Positions 11,564 to 21,613 of a stretch of 46,827 nt of DNA are shown in pieces. The stretch covers positions 25,967-72,793 of the forward strand of contig JBBDRK010000076.1 of NCBI GenBank assembly GCA_040905465.1, written 5' to 3'. Source of the stretch: Trueperaceae bacterium (GTDB taxonomy: Bacteria > Deinococcota > Deinococci > Deinococcales > Trueperaceae). Both the position numbers and the translations under genes were made by a program. The notes under the pieces are model-generated. The model saw only the letters and a list, made by a program, of their open reading frames with translations. It was not told the DNA's origin and made no database searches. Numbering within the stretch: position 1 is the first letter of the stretch; each line of letters opens with the position of its first letter.

Positions 11564-12900
11564 GAGTCCTGATCTACGGCCTGGGACGAAGCGGCCTGGC
11601 CGTGGCCCGTCTGTGCCACGGCCAGGGGCACCGTCTCGGCTTTTACGATCGCCGCGAGGAGGGTGACGACATCACCGCCTTGCTGGCTCTCGGAGCCGAG
11701 CGATTCGACGACGTGCCGGCGGCCGACTTCGACGTGTGCATAGCCGCACCCGGCGTTGCCATAGACCATGCCGACCTGCAGGCGCTCCGCGGCAAGGGAG
11801 TGGAAACCATCGGCGAGGTCGAGTGGGTACACCGAACCATCGGCGCCGACATGATCGGTGTAACCGGGACGGCCGGCAAGGGCACCGTTACCCGCTGGCT
11901 GGCCGACACTCTGACTCTGTCCGGGCTGGACGCCCGTGCAGGCGGGAACATCGACCCTGCTCTGGCCGAGGTAGCCGAGGAAGGCGCGACTTTGGTGGTG
12001 GAGATGTCCTCCTTCCAGCTCGAGCGCTGCCCGACCCTGAGACCGCGAGTCGCGGTGATCCTCAACCTCGGCTCCGACCATCTCGACCGCCACGGCGACC
12101 TCGCGACCTACCACTCCGCCAAGCGCAACCTGCTGGCGAATCTCGGCCCAGCCGAGTTGTTCGTGTACAACGCCGACGACGCACTGCTGGCCGACTGGGC
12201 CGGGAACGTGCACTCGCGCACTGCGGGCTTCTCGCTGAAGCAGCCGGCCTCCGCCTGGCTTCGCTCCGACGGCATGCTGGTCATGGGTGACGACGAGCTG
12301 CTCAGCGTCAGCGAGCTTCAGGTGCGGGGTAAGCACCACCAGGCCAATGCCCTGGCCGTCGCCCTGGCGGCCCGCGAGATGGGATCGTCGACGGAACAGA
12401 TTCGCGCCGGGTTGCGGGCGTTCGCCGGCTTGCCCGGCCGCTACAGCGAGGCGGGCCGCATCGGCCGCGTCACCTTCATCGAGGACTCCATCGCAACACG
12501 CGTCCTCTCGGTGGCTGCCGCTCTCGAGGCGACGCCCGCACCGGTAGTGTGGATCGCCGGCGGTCAGAGCAAGGGCGCCGACGTACGCGAGCTGGAGCCG
12601 CTGATCCGAGACAAGGTGCGGCTGTTCGTAGCAGTGGGCGAATCGGGACCGGAACTGCGCGAGACGGTCGGCGAATGGGTTCCTACCCACCTGTGCTCGC
12701 AACGCGACGGCGTTGCGGCGCTGCGCTGCGCGGTACGCGCTGCGCTCCACCACCTCAACGTTCACTCGCCGCTGGGAGGCACGGTGCTGCTGGCTCCGCT
12801 GGCCGCCTCCTTCGACCAGTTTCGCGACTATCGCCAGCGGGCGGAGGCGTTTCGGGCAGTGGTGCGGGCCGAGGAGGTGGCGTGGACCCTCTCCTCCTGA
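11560..12900 (+). CDS. murD: UDP-MurNAc-L-Ala--D-Glu ligase
   Basis: GLGRSG, GVTGTAGKGT, EMSSFQLE, DHLDRH, ASFDQF; GTG 11560 overlaps the mraY stop. Confidence 0.95.
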   Translation: MRVLIYGLGRSGLAVARLCHGQGHRLGFYDRREEGDDITALLALGAERFDDVPAADFDVCIAAPGVAIDHADLQALRGKGVETIGEVEWVHRTIGADMIGVTGTAGKGTVTRWLADTLTLSGLDARAGGNIDPALAEVAEEGATLVVEMSSFQLERCPTLRPRVAVILNLGSDHLDRHGDLATYHSAKRNLLANLGPAELFVYNADDALLADWAGNVHSRTAGFSLKQPASAWLRSDGMLVMGDDELLSVSELQVRGKHHQANALAVALAAREMGSSTEQIRAGLRAFAGLPGRYSEAGRIGRVTFIEDSIATRVLSVAAALEATPAPVVWIAGGQSKGADVRELEPLIRDKVRLFVAVGESGPELRETVGEWVPTHLCSQRDGVAALRCAVRAALHHLNVHSPLGGTVLLAPLAASFDQFRDYRQRAEAFRAVVRAEEVAWTLSS

Positions 12901-13934
12901 TAATCCAGTTGCTGCTGGGGGTGCTGGGCGTCCTCGGAGTGGCGACGGCCGAACCGGGGCTGGCCCTGGAGCACGGCCTGCGCTTCCTGGGCGCTTTCGC
13001 CTTGACCGTGGTGATCTCGCGCGTCAAGCCCACCACCGTGGTGCGATTCAGCCCGGCGGCCTACGTGGCCGTCCTGGCGCTGCTGGCGTTGGTGCTGGTG
13101 GCAGGCAGTTCGCCGGCGGGGAGCGACAGCCGCCGCTGGCTGCTCATCGGCGGTCTCAGCGTGCAGCCTTCCGAGTTGATGAAGGTAACCGTCATCGCCT
13201 ACCTCACGGCCTTTTTCCACAATCATCTGGGTGATTGGCAGATCTGGCGACCGATGCTGGTCATCGGACTGGCGGCCGGTCTCATCGTGGTGGAACCCGA
13301 CGTCTCCACCGCCGCCTTCCTGTTCGCCCTGGCCTTCGCGATAATGATCGCCGCCGGCACCACGTTCACCCGACTGGTCTCCATCAGCACGGCGGCAGCC
13401 CTGGTGGCTCTGCTGGTAGCGGGCTCCTACTTGAGCCAGTTCGCCTACATCGGCGAGCGGATCGCCGGCTACCAGGATCTCTGGGGTGAGCAGAGCGCCA
13501 TTTCGTCCACCTCCTACCAGGCCTACCGGGCCCGCGAAACACTGCTGAGCGCCGGTCTGTTCGGCATCGGCCCGGGTCGGCCGAACCGGGTGCCCGAATC
13601 CGAGACCGACATGGTGGCGGTAGCCGTCGGTCAGGCGTTGGGTCTCGCCGGCCTGGCAACCGTGATTGCCCTTTACGTGCTGCTCGCCGGCCGGGGCATA
13701 CGCGTGGCGGCCGCTCACACCGGTCCGGGAAGCCTGCTGGCGGCGGGTGCGACCGCGTATATCTGCGGCCAGGCGGCCCTGAACCTGCTGGTGGCCTCCG
13801 GTGTCTTTCCTGTTACCGGCATCCCCTTGCCGTTCATGAGCTACGGACTCAACAGCCTCATAAGCGTGTCCATCGCCATGGGTTTCATTCACGGAGCTTA
13901 CCGGCACGCGCGCTCGGCCGGGGCGCTCGCATGA
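12882..13934 (+). CDS. ftsW: SEDS peptidoglycan glycosyltransferase FtsW
   Basis: RRWL..GGLSVQPSELMK, ETDMV, PVTGIPLPFMSYG; GGAGG RBS before GTG 12882. Confidence 0.93.
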   Translation: MDPLLLIIQLLLGVLGVLGVATAEPGLALEHGLRFLGAFALTVVISRVKPTTVVRFSPAAYVAVLALLALVLVAGSSPAGSDSRRWLLIGGLSVQPSELMKVTVIAYLTAFFHNHLGDWQIWRPMLVIGLAAGLIVVEPDVSTAAFLFALAFAIMIAAGTTFTRLVSISTAAALVALLVAGSYLSQFAYIGERIAGYQDLWGEQSAISSTSYQAYRARETLLSAGLFGIGPGRPNRVPESETDMVAVAVGQALGLAGLATVIALYVLLAGRGIRVAAAHTGPGSLLAAGATAYICGQAALNLLVASGVFPVTGIPLPFMSYGLNSLISVSIAMGFIHGAYRHARSAGALA

Positions 13935-15022
13935 GCCGGCTGCTGTTCGCCACCGGGGGCAGCGGTGGCCATATCTACCCGGCCCTGGCGGTCGCCGAGT
14001 TGGCTCGTTCACGAGGCTACGAGGTGCACCTGATCGGACAGTCGGGCGGCATGGAGGAGCGGCTGAGCGCCGAAGCCGGCGTCCCCTTCATCGGCGTTGC
14101 AAGCGGCAAGCTCGATCGCCAACGGCCCGACCCGACGGCGCTGCTGCGTTCGCTGGCGGGGGTACGGTCGGCGGTCGCTGCCATCCGGCGGCTCCGTCCG
14201 GCGCTGGTCCTGGGGTTCGGCGGCTTCGCATCGTTTCCCGGTACCGCGGCGGCGGTGTTGACTCGCACGCCGCTGCTGCTCCACGAGCAGAACGCCTACC
14301 CCGGCCTGGTTACCCGCCTGCTGGCACCGTTCGCCCGCGTGCTGGTGCTGTCGCAGCCGGCACTTACCAAGCGCACGCGAGCCAGGCGAGTCGAGATTAT
14401 CCCCTACCCTGTTCGCGAGCGGCGAGTCGAAAGAAGTGAAGCACGCCGCCTCCTGGGACTGCCGGCGGAGGGTACGCTCACCCTGGTGATGGGTGGATCG
14501 CAAGGCTCGGCGGCGCTCAACGACGCAGTGGTGGCGGCGCTCGAGGAGTTGCGTGACGTGAGACCGCTGGTGCTGCACAGCACCGGACCCGTTCACCTGG
14601 AAAAGGTGCGCGCCGCCGCGGCCGGCGTCACCAACTACGTCGCCAGGCCCTACGTCGACGCTGTCGAAGCCTGGTCGGCCGCCGACCTGGCCATCACCCG
14701 AGCCGGATTCGGAACGCTGTCCGAAGCGGCGTACTTCGGCGTCCCGCTGATCACGGTGCCGTTGCCGACGGCGGCGGAGAACCACCAGCTGCACAACGCC
14801 CGCGCGTTCGCAGATGCCGGCGCCGGGCGAGTGCTCGAGCAACGCGAACTGGCGGAGTTGCCGAAAGTCTGGCGCGAGATGCTGCACGACTCCACGAGGC
14901 TAGCGGCGGCGACCGCGGCCGGCGCGCTCAGTCCCCGCGGGGCCGCCACACGCTTCGTGGAGCTGATAGATGAACTGAACGAGACCCCCGGCGCTTCCGG
15001 CGCCGTTCAGGAGACGAGATGA
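13931..15022 (+). CDS. murG: Lipid II GlcNAc transferase
   Basis: GGSGGHIYPA, HEQNAYPG, GGSQGS, HQLHNA. Confidence 0.96.
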   Translation: MSRLLFATGGSGGHIYPALAVAELARSRGYEVHLIGQSGGMEERLSAEAGVPFIGVASGKLDRQRPDPTALLRSLAGVRSAVAAIRRLRPALVLGFGGFASFPGTAAAVLTRTPLLLHEQNAYPGLVTRLLAPFARVLVLSQPALTKRTRARRVEIIPYPVRERRVERSEARRLLGLPAEGTLTLVMGGSQGSAALNDAVVAALEELRDVRPLVLHSTGPVHLEKVRAAAAGVTNYVARPYVDAVEAWSAADLAITRAGFGTLSEAAYFGVPLITVPLPTAAENHQLHNARAFADAGAGRVLEQRELAELPKVWREMLHDSTRLAAATAAGALSPRGAATRFVELIDELNETPGASGAVQETR

Positions 15023-16413
15023 CACGACACCTTCACTTCATGGGCATAGGCGGCATCAGCATGAGCGGCCTGGCCCGCCATGCCCGGGCCAAGGGCCTGA
15101 CCGTCAGCGGCTGTGACGCGTCCGAGGGTCCGAACCTTCAACAGTTGCGCAGCGACGGCATCGATGTGTCCGTGGGCCACGACGAGTCTCATCTCGAGGG
15201 CGTCGACCTTCTGGTAACGAGCATGGCAGTCCCGGCCGAGAGCGTCGAGGTCACCACCGCCCAGCAAGGCGGAATCCGGACCATCCACCGGATCGACCTG
15301 CTCGCCGAGATGTTCGCCGACTTCCGGACCATCGCCGTGACCGGCACCCACGGCAAGAGCACCACTACCGCCATGATCGCCCAGATCTTCGTTGCTCTGG
15401 GAAGCGATCCTGCCGTGCAGCTCGGCGCCAACCTACCGATCCTGGGCGGAAACATGCGCTACGGGCAGGGCGAGCACCTGATAGCCGAGGTCGACGAGTC
15501 GGATCCCGGCTTCGCCCGACTGAGCTCCGATATCGCCGTCCTGATAAACCTCGAGGACGACCACATCGCCGGCGAGCACGATGAGAGGCGCAACTATCAC
15601 GCCAGCCTGGACGATCTGGAGGCCGCCGCCAGGCGCTTCGCCGGCCAGGCGAACCGGGTGGTCGCCTGTGCCGACTGGCCGGCGCTGGAACGGCTGCTGG
15701 AGGGATTGCCGGCGGTCACCACATACGGCCTGGCCGACAGTGCCGACTACCGGATCGTCGACCTGGAGCTCGCCGCGCTGGGCAGCAGTTTCACGCTGAG
15801 CACGGCCGACGGGCGGAGGGCCGACGTGGTCTTGAGCGTACCCGGACTGCACAATGCCCAGAACGCCGCGGCGGCGATCGCGACGGCCGACCTGGCCGGC
15901 CTGCCGCTGGCGGAAGCGGCACGGGCCCTGGCACCGTTCGCCGGCGTAGGTCGCCGGTGGCAGCGCTGGGGTGACTCGGCCGGTGCCTTGATCATCGACG
16001 ACTATGCGCACCACCCCACCGAAGTGGCGGTCACCCTGCGGGCCGCCCGCAATACCGGCCGCCGAGTTCGTGCGGTACTGCAGCCACACCGCTGGGTGCG
16101 GACCGCCCGTCACTGGCCGGCGTTGGCCGACGCAGCCGGGCTGGCCGACGAAGTGATCGTGCTGGACATCTTTGCCGCCGGCGAAAGCGCCATTGCCGGC
16201 GTTTCCTCGGCGTTGATCGTCGACCGGCTGCTCGCGGCCGGAAGGTCGGCGGCCTATCACGACCACGCCTCGGCGGTCGATTACCTGGCCGGCTCGCTCG
16301 AGCCCGACGACCTGGTGATCACGCTCGGCGCCGGCGACGTTTGGAAGGTAGCGGAGGCGCTGGCGCTCCTGCCGGCTACACAGGGGCGGGAGGCAATTGG
16401 TGCCGACTGCTGA
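15019..16413 (+). CDS. murC: UDP-MurNAc--L-Ala ligase
   Basis: HFMGIGGISMSGLA, GTHGKSTTT, EVDESD, DDYAHHPTE, QPHR. Confidence 0.96.
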   Translation: MTRHLHFMGIGGISMSGLARHARAKGLTVSGCDASEGPNLQQLRSDGIDVSVGHDESHLEGVDLLVTSMAVPAESVEVTTAQQGGIRTIHRIDLLAEMFADFRTIAVTGTHGKSTTTAMIAQIFVALGSDPAVQLGANLPILGGNMRYGQGEHLIAEVDESDPGFARLSSDIAVLINLEDDHIAGEHDERRNYHASLDDLEAAARRFAGQANRVVACADWPALERLLEGLPAVTTYGLADSADYRIVDLELAALGSSFTLSTADGRRADVVLSVPGLHNAQNAAAAIATADLAGLPLAEAARALAPFAGVGRRWQRWGDSAGALIIDDYAHHPTEVAVTLRAARNTGRRVRAVLQPHRWVRTARHWPALADAAGLADEVIVLDIFAAGESAIAGVSSALIVDRLLAAGRSAAYHDHASAVDYLAGSLEPDDLVITLGAGDVWKVAEALALLPATQGREAIGADC

Positions 16414-17236
16414 TCGGGCGCGCACTACCGCTCTGAGCCGACTCACCACCTTGAGAGTCGGCGGTCCCGTACGGTTGTGGGAGGTGGAGTCCGAGGCGGA
16501 CCTGCGCGAGGCCACCGGCGAGCCGTTCCTGGTCATCGGGGCCGGCTCGAACGTGCTGGCAAGCGACGCCGGCGTGAGCGAGCGGGTGGTGCGGCTCGGC
16601 CGCAGCTACAACACGATGAGCACGTTCGACGGCGCAGCAAAGGATATCTGGCTGGGCGCGGCAACGCCGCTGCCGGGGCTAGTGCGTCGCGCTCAGCAGG
16701 CGGGACTCTCGGGACTGGAGGGGCTGCTGGGCGTACCGGCGGTGCTGGGCGGCGCGGTGGCGATGAACGCCGGAACGCGCTTCGGTTCGATGCAGGACAC
16801 CCTGCAGGAGGTCGAGCTGTTCGTCGGCGGACGGCTCGAGCGACTCGCCGCCGACGACTTACGACTCGGATATCGGCAGGCGCGTCTCCCGGACGGTGCG
16901 ATCGTCACCTGCGCCCGCCTGCGCCTTACCCGTTCCACTCCCGAGCGAGTACAGATCGCCATGGCGGAGGTGGACAGCGCCCGCAAGGGTCAGCCCAAGA
17001 TCAAGTCGGCCGGTTGCGCCTTCAAGAACCCGCCGGGCGACAGCGCCGGCCGGCTCATCGACCGGGCGGGACTCAAGGGAATGCGCGTGGGCGACGCGAT
17101 GATCTCCTTCGAGCACGGCAACTTCGTAGTCAACATGGGTGACGCCAGTGCCGCAGACGTGCTGGCGTTGATAGAGCTGGTACGCGAGCGGGTCGGGCGC
17201 GAGTTGGAGCTCGAGTGGAAGCTCTGGGGCTTCTAG
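16397..17236 (+). CDS. murB: UDP-GlcNAc-enolpyruvate reductase
   Basis: TTLRVGGP, GAGSNVL, GGAVAMNAG, SAGCAFKNP, HGNFVVN, LELE. Confidence 0.95.
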   Translation: MVPTADRARTTALSRLTTLRVGGPVRLWEVESEADLREATGEPFLVIGAGSNVLASDAGVSERVVRLGRSYNTMSTFDGAAKDIWLGAATPLPGLVRRAQQAGLSGLEGLLGVPAVLGGAVAMNAGTRFGSMQDTLQEVELFVGGRLERLAADDLRLGYRQARLPDGAIVTCARLRLTRSTPERVQIAMAEVDSARKGQPKIKSAGCAFKNPPGDSAGRLIDRAGLKGMRVGDAMISFEHGNFVVNMGDASAADVLALIELVRERVGRELELEWKLWGF

Positions 17237-17836
17237 GTGCGCGCTCTCCTGGTAGTACTCGTAATGGTCGCGGCGGTCCTCCTGGTGGGCAGCCGCTTCT
17301 ATCCGGTCATTGCCGAGGTGGCGGTGGTCGGCAACGGTCACTACAGCAAGGAAGAGGTCATGGATCTGGCCGCTGTCCGCCCCGGAGGCCCTCTCCTGTG
17401 GGTGAACCGCTGGAGCCTGGCCGATCTGACGGGCGACCCGTGGATTGCCCGGGCGCGAGTCATTCGCCATTGGCCCGACACCGTCTCGATCACGGTGTGG
17501 GAACGGGTGCCGGTGATGAGCGACGGGCAGGCGACCTGGTCGGCCGACGGCACCATGCTGCCCGGCGTGGACGAGGAAACCCGAGCGAATCTGGTACGTC
17601 TGGCGGGCTGGGGCGAACCGCGAATCGACGAAGCGCTCCGCCTCCAGGAGCTATTGTCTCCATTCGGGCCCAGGGTGATAAGCTACTCGCCGGAAGGCTT
17701 TGACATCGAGCTGACGGACACGAGCCTCTTTACGCCTGGCGTCGCCACGCTCGAGCGTCATTGGGCCGCGTGGACCAATCAGCGAGGGGACCGAGTAGCG
17801 GTCTACCCTTGGGGAGTGAGCGAGAACAATGACTGA
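17237..17836 (+). CDS. ftsQ: FtsQ-type POTRA domain cell division protein
   Basis: N-terminal TM, V.VVGN, PWIARARVIRHWPDTVSITVWER; directly before ftsA. Confidence 0.85.
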   Translation: MRALLVVLVMVAAVLLVGSRFYPVIAEVAVVGNGHYSKEEVMDLAAVRPGGPLLWVNRWSLADLTGDPWIARARVIRHWPDTVSITVWERVPVMSDGQATWSADGTMLPGVDEETRANLVRLAGWGEPRIDEALRLQELLSPFGPRVISYSPEGFDIELTDTSLFTPGVATLERHWAAWTNQRGDRVAVYPWGVSENND

Positions 17837-19055
17837 CGAACGCATCATCGTCGGCCTCGACATCGGTACTACCAAGATCTGTACCGTAATCGGCGAGATC
17901 GCCAGCGATGGCGTGCTTGACGTGATAGGCGAAGGTACGGTCGCCAGCGACGGGCTGCGAAAAGGGGTTGTCGTCAACCTCGAGCGAACCATCGAGTCGG
18001 TTCGGCAGTCGATAGCGGCCGCCGAGCGGGTCGCCGGCGTCGAGGTGACCAGCGCCTGGGCCGGTATCGCTGGCACTCACCTTAAGGCGCAGACCAGTCA
18101 TGGCATGGCCGCCATTCGCCGGGGCCAGGAGATCATGCGCTCCGACGTGGAGCGAACGATCGAGAACGCCCGGGCGGTGCCGCTCGAGGCCAACATGGAG
18201 ATCATCCATGTGATTCCACAGGAGTACGTGGTCGACGGGCACGATGGCATCAAGGATCCCGTGGGAATGTCCGGGGTGCGTCTCGAGGTAGACGTGCACA
18301 TCGTCGCCGGCGCCCAGGGACCGCTCCAGAACCTCAAGCGCTGCGCCCGCGACGCCGGCGTGGAGGTCGATGGCGTCGTAGTGCAGGCCCTGGCGTCAGG
18401 CCTGGCGGTGCTCAACGAAAGCGAACGCGAGCTCACCACGCTACTCATCGACGTGGGCGGCGGCACTACCGACATCGGCGTGTTCCGGAGGGGTACGCTC
18501 ACCCACTCTGCGGTCATCCCGCTGGGCGGGGATCACGTAACGCAGGACATCAGCCAGTTGCTGCGCATCCCACCCGACGAGGCGGAGCGGGTGAAGAAGC
18601 GCTACGGTGTGGCACTGCCCGACCTGGCGGACCGCGAGGTGATCCTGGAGGTAGCCAACCCCAACTACACCGCTTCCCTTTCGACCTTCGAGTTGGCGCA
18701 GGTGATCAAACCTCGCGTCGTCGAGATCCTCGACCTGGTGAAACAGAACATCGAGCAGCGCATGGGCGCGCTGGAGTTGCTGGCCGGAAACGTGGTCATC
18801 ACCGGTGGAGCGTCGCTAATGCCCGGCTTCGACCAGGTGGCCACGGAACGCTTCCGCCTGCCGGTACGAGTCGGCAAACCGCACGGCGTGTCGGGCCTGG
18901 TCGACGTTGTCGCCAGCCCTGCCCACGCCACCGCCGTTGGCCTGGTGCGCTACGGCATGCGCTTCGGCCAACCCGACCGCATGGCCGTCGCCCGCGGAGA
19001 CCGCAACGGCGGTATCCTGAGCAGCCTCCGCAACATTCTCCGAGAGTTCTTTTGA
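17829..19055 (+). CDS. ftsA: Cell division protein FtsA
   Basis: GLDIGTTKI, GMSGVRLEVDVH, DVGGGTTD, ITGG, amphipathic C-terminus. Confidence 0.97.
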   Translation: MTDERIIVGLDIGTTKICTVIGEIASDGVLDVIGEGTVASDGLRKGVVVNLERTIESVRQSIAAAERVAGVEVTSAWAGIAGTHLKAQTSHGMAAIRRGQEIMRSDVERTIENARAVPLEANMEIIHVIPQEYVVDGHDGIKDPVGMSGVRLEVDVHIVAGAQGPLQNLKRCARDAGVEVDGVVVQALASGLAVLNESERELTTLLIDVGGGTTDIGVFRRGTLTHSAVIPLGGDHVTQDISQLLRIPPDEAERVKKRYGVALPDLADREVILEVANPNYTASLSTFELAQVIKPRVVEILDLVKQNIEQRMGALELLAGNVVITGGASLMPGFDQVATERFRLPVRVGKPHGVSGLVDVVASPAHATAVGLVRYGMRFGQPDRMAVARGDRNGGILSSLRNILREFF

Positions 19056-19103
19056 AGCACCCGACCCGCAGCGTCTGTTAACCAGGATCAGAGGAGCCCC
19101 AGC

Positions 19104-20165
19104 ATGAACAACGACAACGCCATCATTCGCGTAATCGGCCTCGGCGGCGGCGGCAACAACGCCGTCAACCGGATGATCGAGACCGGCCTCCTGGGCGTCG
19201 AGTTCGTCGCCGCCAACACAGATGCGCAGGTCCTGGCCACTTCGTTGGCGGATACCCGCATCCAGATGGGCGACCATCTCACGAAGGGCCTGGGCGCCGG
19301 GGCCAACCCGGAGATCGGCGAGAAAGCCGCCGTGGAGGACCGCGATCGCATCGCTGAGGTCCTGCGTGGCTCCGACCTGGTGTTCATCACCGCCGGCATG
19401 GGTGGCGGCACCGGCACCGGCTCGGCGCCAATCGTGGCGGAAGTCGCCCGCGAACTCGGCGCGCTGACCGTCGCCGTTGTCACCACCCCGTTCCAGTTCG
19501 AGGGCCCCAAGCGAACCCGCCAGGGCGAGGAAGGGCTGCGCCGGCTCGAGGACAAGGTGGACGCGCTGATCGTGGTGGAGAACCAGCGCCTGCTCTCCTC
19601 GCTCGACCGCAAGGTCAAGCTGTCCGACGCTTTCCGGGTGGCCGACCGGGTGCTCTACCACGGGGTACGCGGCATCAGCGACGTGATAAACATGCCGGGC
19701 CTCATCAACGTCGACTTCGCCGACGTCAGGACCCTACTGTCCGGTGCGGGGACCGTTCTCATGGGAATCGGCGCCGGCCGTGGCGAGAATCTCGCCGAAC
19801 AGGCGGCCGAGAGCGCTACGCATTCGCCGCTGCTGTCGCGCGGCGTCGAGGGGGCTCATCACCTGCTGATCAACGTCACCGGCTCCGAGGAGCTTACGCT
19901 GTTCGACGCCAACGAGATCGTCGAGAAGATAAGCGCGGCGACCGAGGTGGAGGACGTCAACGTTCTGTTCGGCGTGACCTACGACGAAGCCGCGGCCGAC
20001 GAAGTCCGGGTGACAGTCATCGCGGCCGGGTTCGAGCACGAGCCACGCATGAAGGTACTCAGGCCCACCCAGATGCGGCAGACGGCCACCGAGCGCGGAT
20101 ACGACCCCTCCAACTACGACATTCCGGCGTTCTTGCGCTACAACCCCGACAGCGCCGAAAATTGA
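19104..20165 (+). CDS. ftsZ: Cell division protein FtsZ
   Basis: GGGGNNAV, tubulin signature GGGTGTG, INVDFADV, C-terminal DIPAFLR. Confidence 0.99.
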   Translation: MNNDNAIIRVIGLGGGGNNAVNRMIETGLLGVEFVAANTDAQVLATSLADTRIQMGDHLTKGLGAGANPEIGEKAAVEDRDRIAEVLRGSDLVFITAGMGGGTGTGSAPIVAEVARELGALTVAVVTTPFQFEGPKRTRQGEEGLRRLEDKVDALIVVENQRLLSSLDRKVKLSDAFRVADRVLYHGVRGISDVINMPGLINVDFADVRTLLSGAGTVLMGIGAGRGENLAEQAAESATHSPLLSRGVEGAHHLLINVTGSEELTLFDANEIVEKISAATEVEDVNVLFGVTYDEAAADEVRVTVIAAGFEHEPRMKVLRPTQMRQTATERGYDPSNYDIPAFLRYNPDSAEN

Positions 20166-20680
20166 GATCGAGAGCCTCGGTTCGGGAACCGCGGCGGGAG
20201 GTCCTCTACCAGGGACGGATCGTCAACCTGGTGCGATTGGACGGTCGCTGGGAAGTGGCCGAGCATCAGCCCGGCGTGGCGATCCTGGTGCTCGAAGGAC
20301 GTCAGGTGCTGGGAGTTCGTCAGGAGCGCCCGGCGACCGGACTACGAACCTGGGAGCTTCCTGCCGGGCTCGTCGATGCCGGAGAGACGCCCGAACAGGC
20401 GGCCCACCGCGAGCTTGCCGAAGAGGCCGGCCTGGGCGGCAGGCTGGAGCTGATCACCTCCATGTACAGCTCGCCGGGCTTCACCGATGAGCTGCTCTAT
20501 CTGTTCGAAGCGGCCGATCTCGAGCCTGCCCATGCGCAAGCGGACGAGACGGAGGAGCTCGAACTGGCATGGCTCGACGTCCAGGCGGCCTGGGACGCCG
20601 TTCGCAACGGAACCATGGCCACCAGCTCACCCACCCTGGTGGGGCTCGGTTACGCCCTGGCGAGACTCGGCCTGAAATGA
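20162..20680 (+). CDS. NUDIX hydrolase (ADP-ribose pyrophosphatase-like)
   Basis: ELPAGLVDAGETPEQAAHRELAEEAG NUDIX box and SPGFTDE; TTG start overlaps the ftsZ stop. Confidence 0.9.
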   Translation: MRSRASVREPRREVLYQGRIVNLVRLDGRWEVAEHQPGVAILVLEGRQVLGVRQERPATGLRTWELPAGLVDAGETPEQAAHRELAEEAGLGGRLELITSMYSSPGFTDELLYLFEAADLEPAHAQADETEELELAWLDVQAAWDAVRNGTMATSSPTLVGLGYALARLGLK

Positions 20681-21570
20681 TCCAGGTAGCCGACCCCGAC
20701 GCCCTCGATTTCGGCGACGCGGTCATCTCGATCGGCAACTTCGACGGGGTTCACTGGGGCCACCGGCAACTGCTGGGGCGCATGCGGGAGCTGGCCGCGG
20801 CCGATGGCAGTCCTTCCGTGGTCGTCACCTTCTTTCCGCCGTCCAAAGTCGTATTCGGTGACCAGCCGTTTTTGAGCAGCGCCGAGGAGAAGCTCGAGTT
20901 GCTCTCCCCCTTCGCGCCCACCGCGGTAGCGATGATCCCGTTCTCGCACGACTACGCCCAGACCGACAAGAGCGTCTTCCTCGCCCAGCTCGCCAGACTG
21001 CGGCCGGCGGCAATCATCGTGGGCGAAGATTTCCGTTTCGGCCACAAGCGACAGGGCACACTGAACGACCTGAGCCTGGTAGCAGGGAAGCTGGAGGTCT
21101 TCGGGCTGGAGCGCGTCGACGGCGAGGTCGTGAAGAGCTCGGCGATTCGCCGGTTGCTTGCCGACGGCGACGTAACGCACGCAACCAGACTGCTCGGCGA
21201 GGCCTATCTGGCTATCGGCACCGTCGCGAAGGGCGATCAGCGAGGCAGGACGATCGGCTTCCCCACCGCCAACCTCGTGGTGCCCGAACGCAAGGCGATG
21301 CCTCGCGGGGTGTTCTCGGTCACTGTCGAAACCGGCGGCGGAACGTACGGCGGCATGGCCAACAGCGGACCGCGGCCCTCCTTTCCCGACGCGGCGCCGG
21401 CCTGCGAGGTGCACCTGTTCGACTTCGCCGGCGATCTGTACGATCAGGAGCTCCGGGTGCGATTCATCGGGCGAATACGCGCTCAGGAACGCTTCGCTTC
21501 GCTGGACGAACTCCGGGCCCGGTTGGCCGAGGACGCCCGCGTGGCGCGAACGCAACTCGCTGGAAGCTAG
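20677..21570 (+). CDS. ribF: Bifunctional riboflavin kinase/FAD synthetase
   Basis: IGNFDGVHWGH, VGEDFRFG, SSAIRR, GRTIGFPTAN; ATGA overlap with the NUDIX gene. Confidence 0.96.
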   Translation: MIQVADPDALDFGDAVISIGNFDGVHWGHRQLLGRMRELAAADGSPSVVVTFFPPSKVVFGDQPFLSSAEEKLELLSPFAPTAVAMIPFSHDYAQTDKSVFLAQLARLRPAAIIVGEDFRFGHKRQGTLNDLSLVAGKLEVFGLERVDGEVVKSSAIRRLLADGDVTHATRLLGEAYLAIGTVAKGDQRGRTIGFPTANLVVPERKAMPRGVFSVTVETGGGTYGGMANSGPRPSFPDAAPACEVHLFDFAGDLYDQELRVRFIGRIRAQERFASLDELRARLAEDARVARTQLAGS

Positions 21571-21613
21571 GTAGCGTTCCGCCGTCAGGCTCCATCTAAT
21601 CTATACTCGAGCC

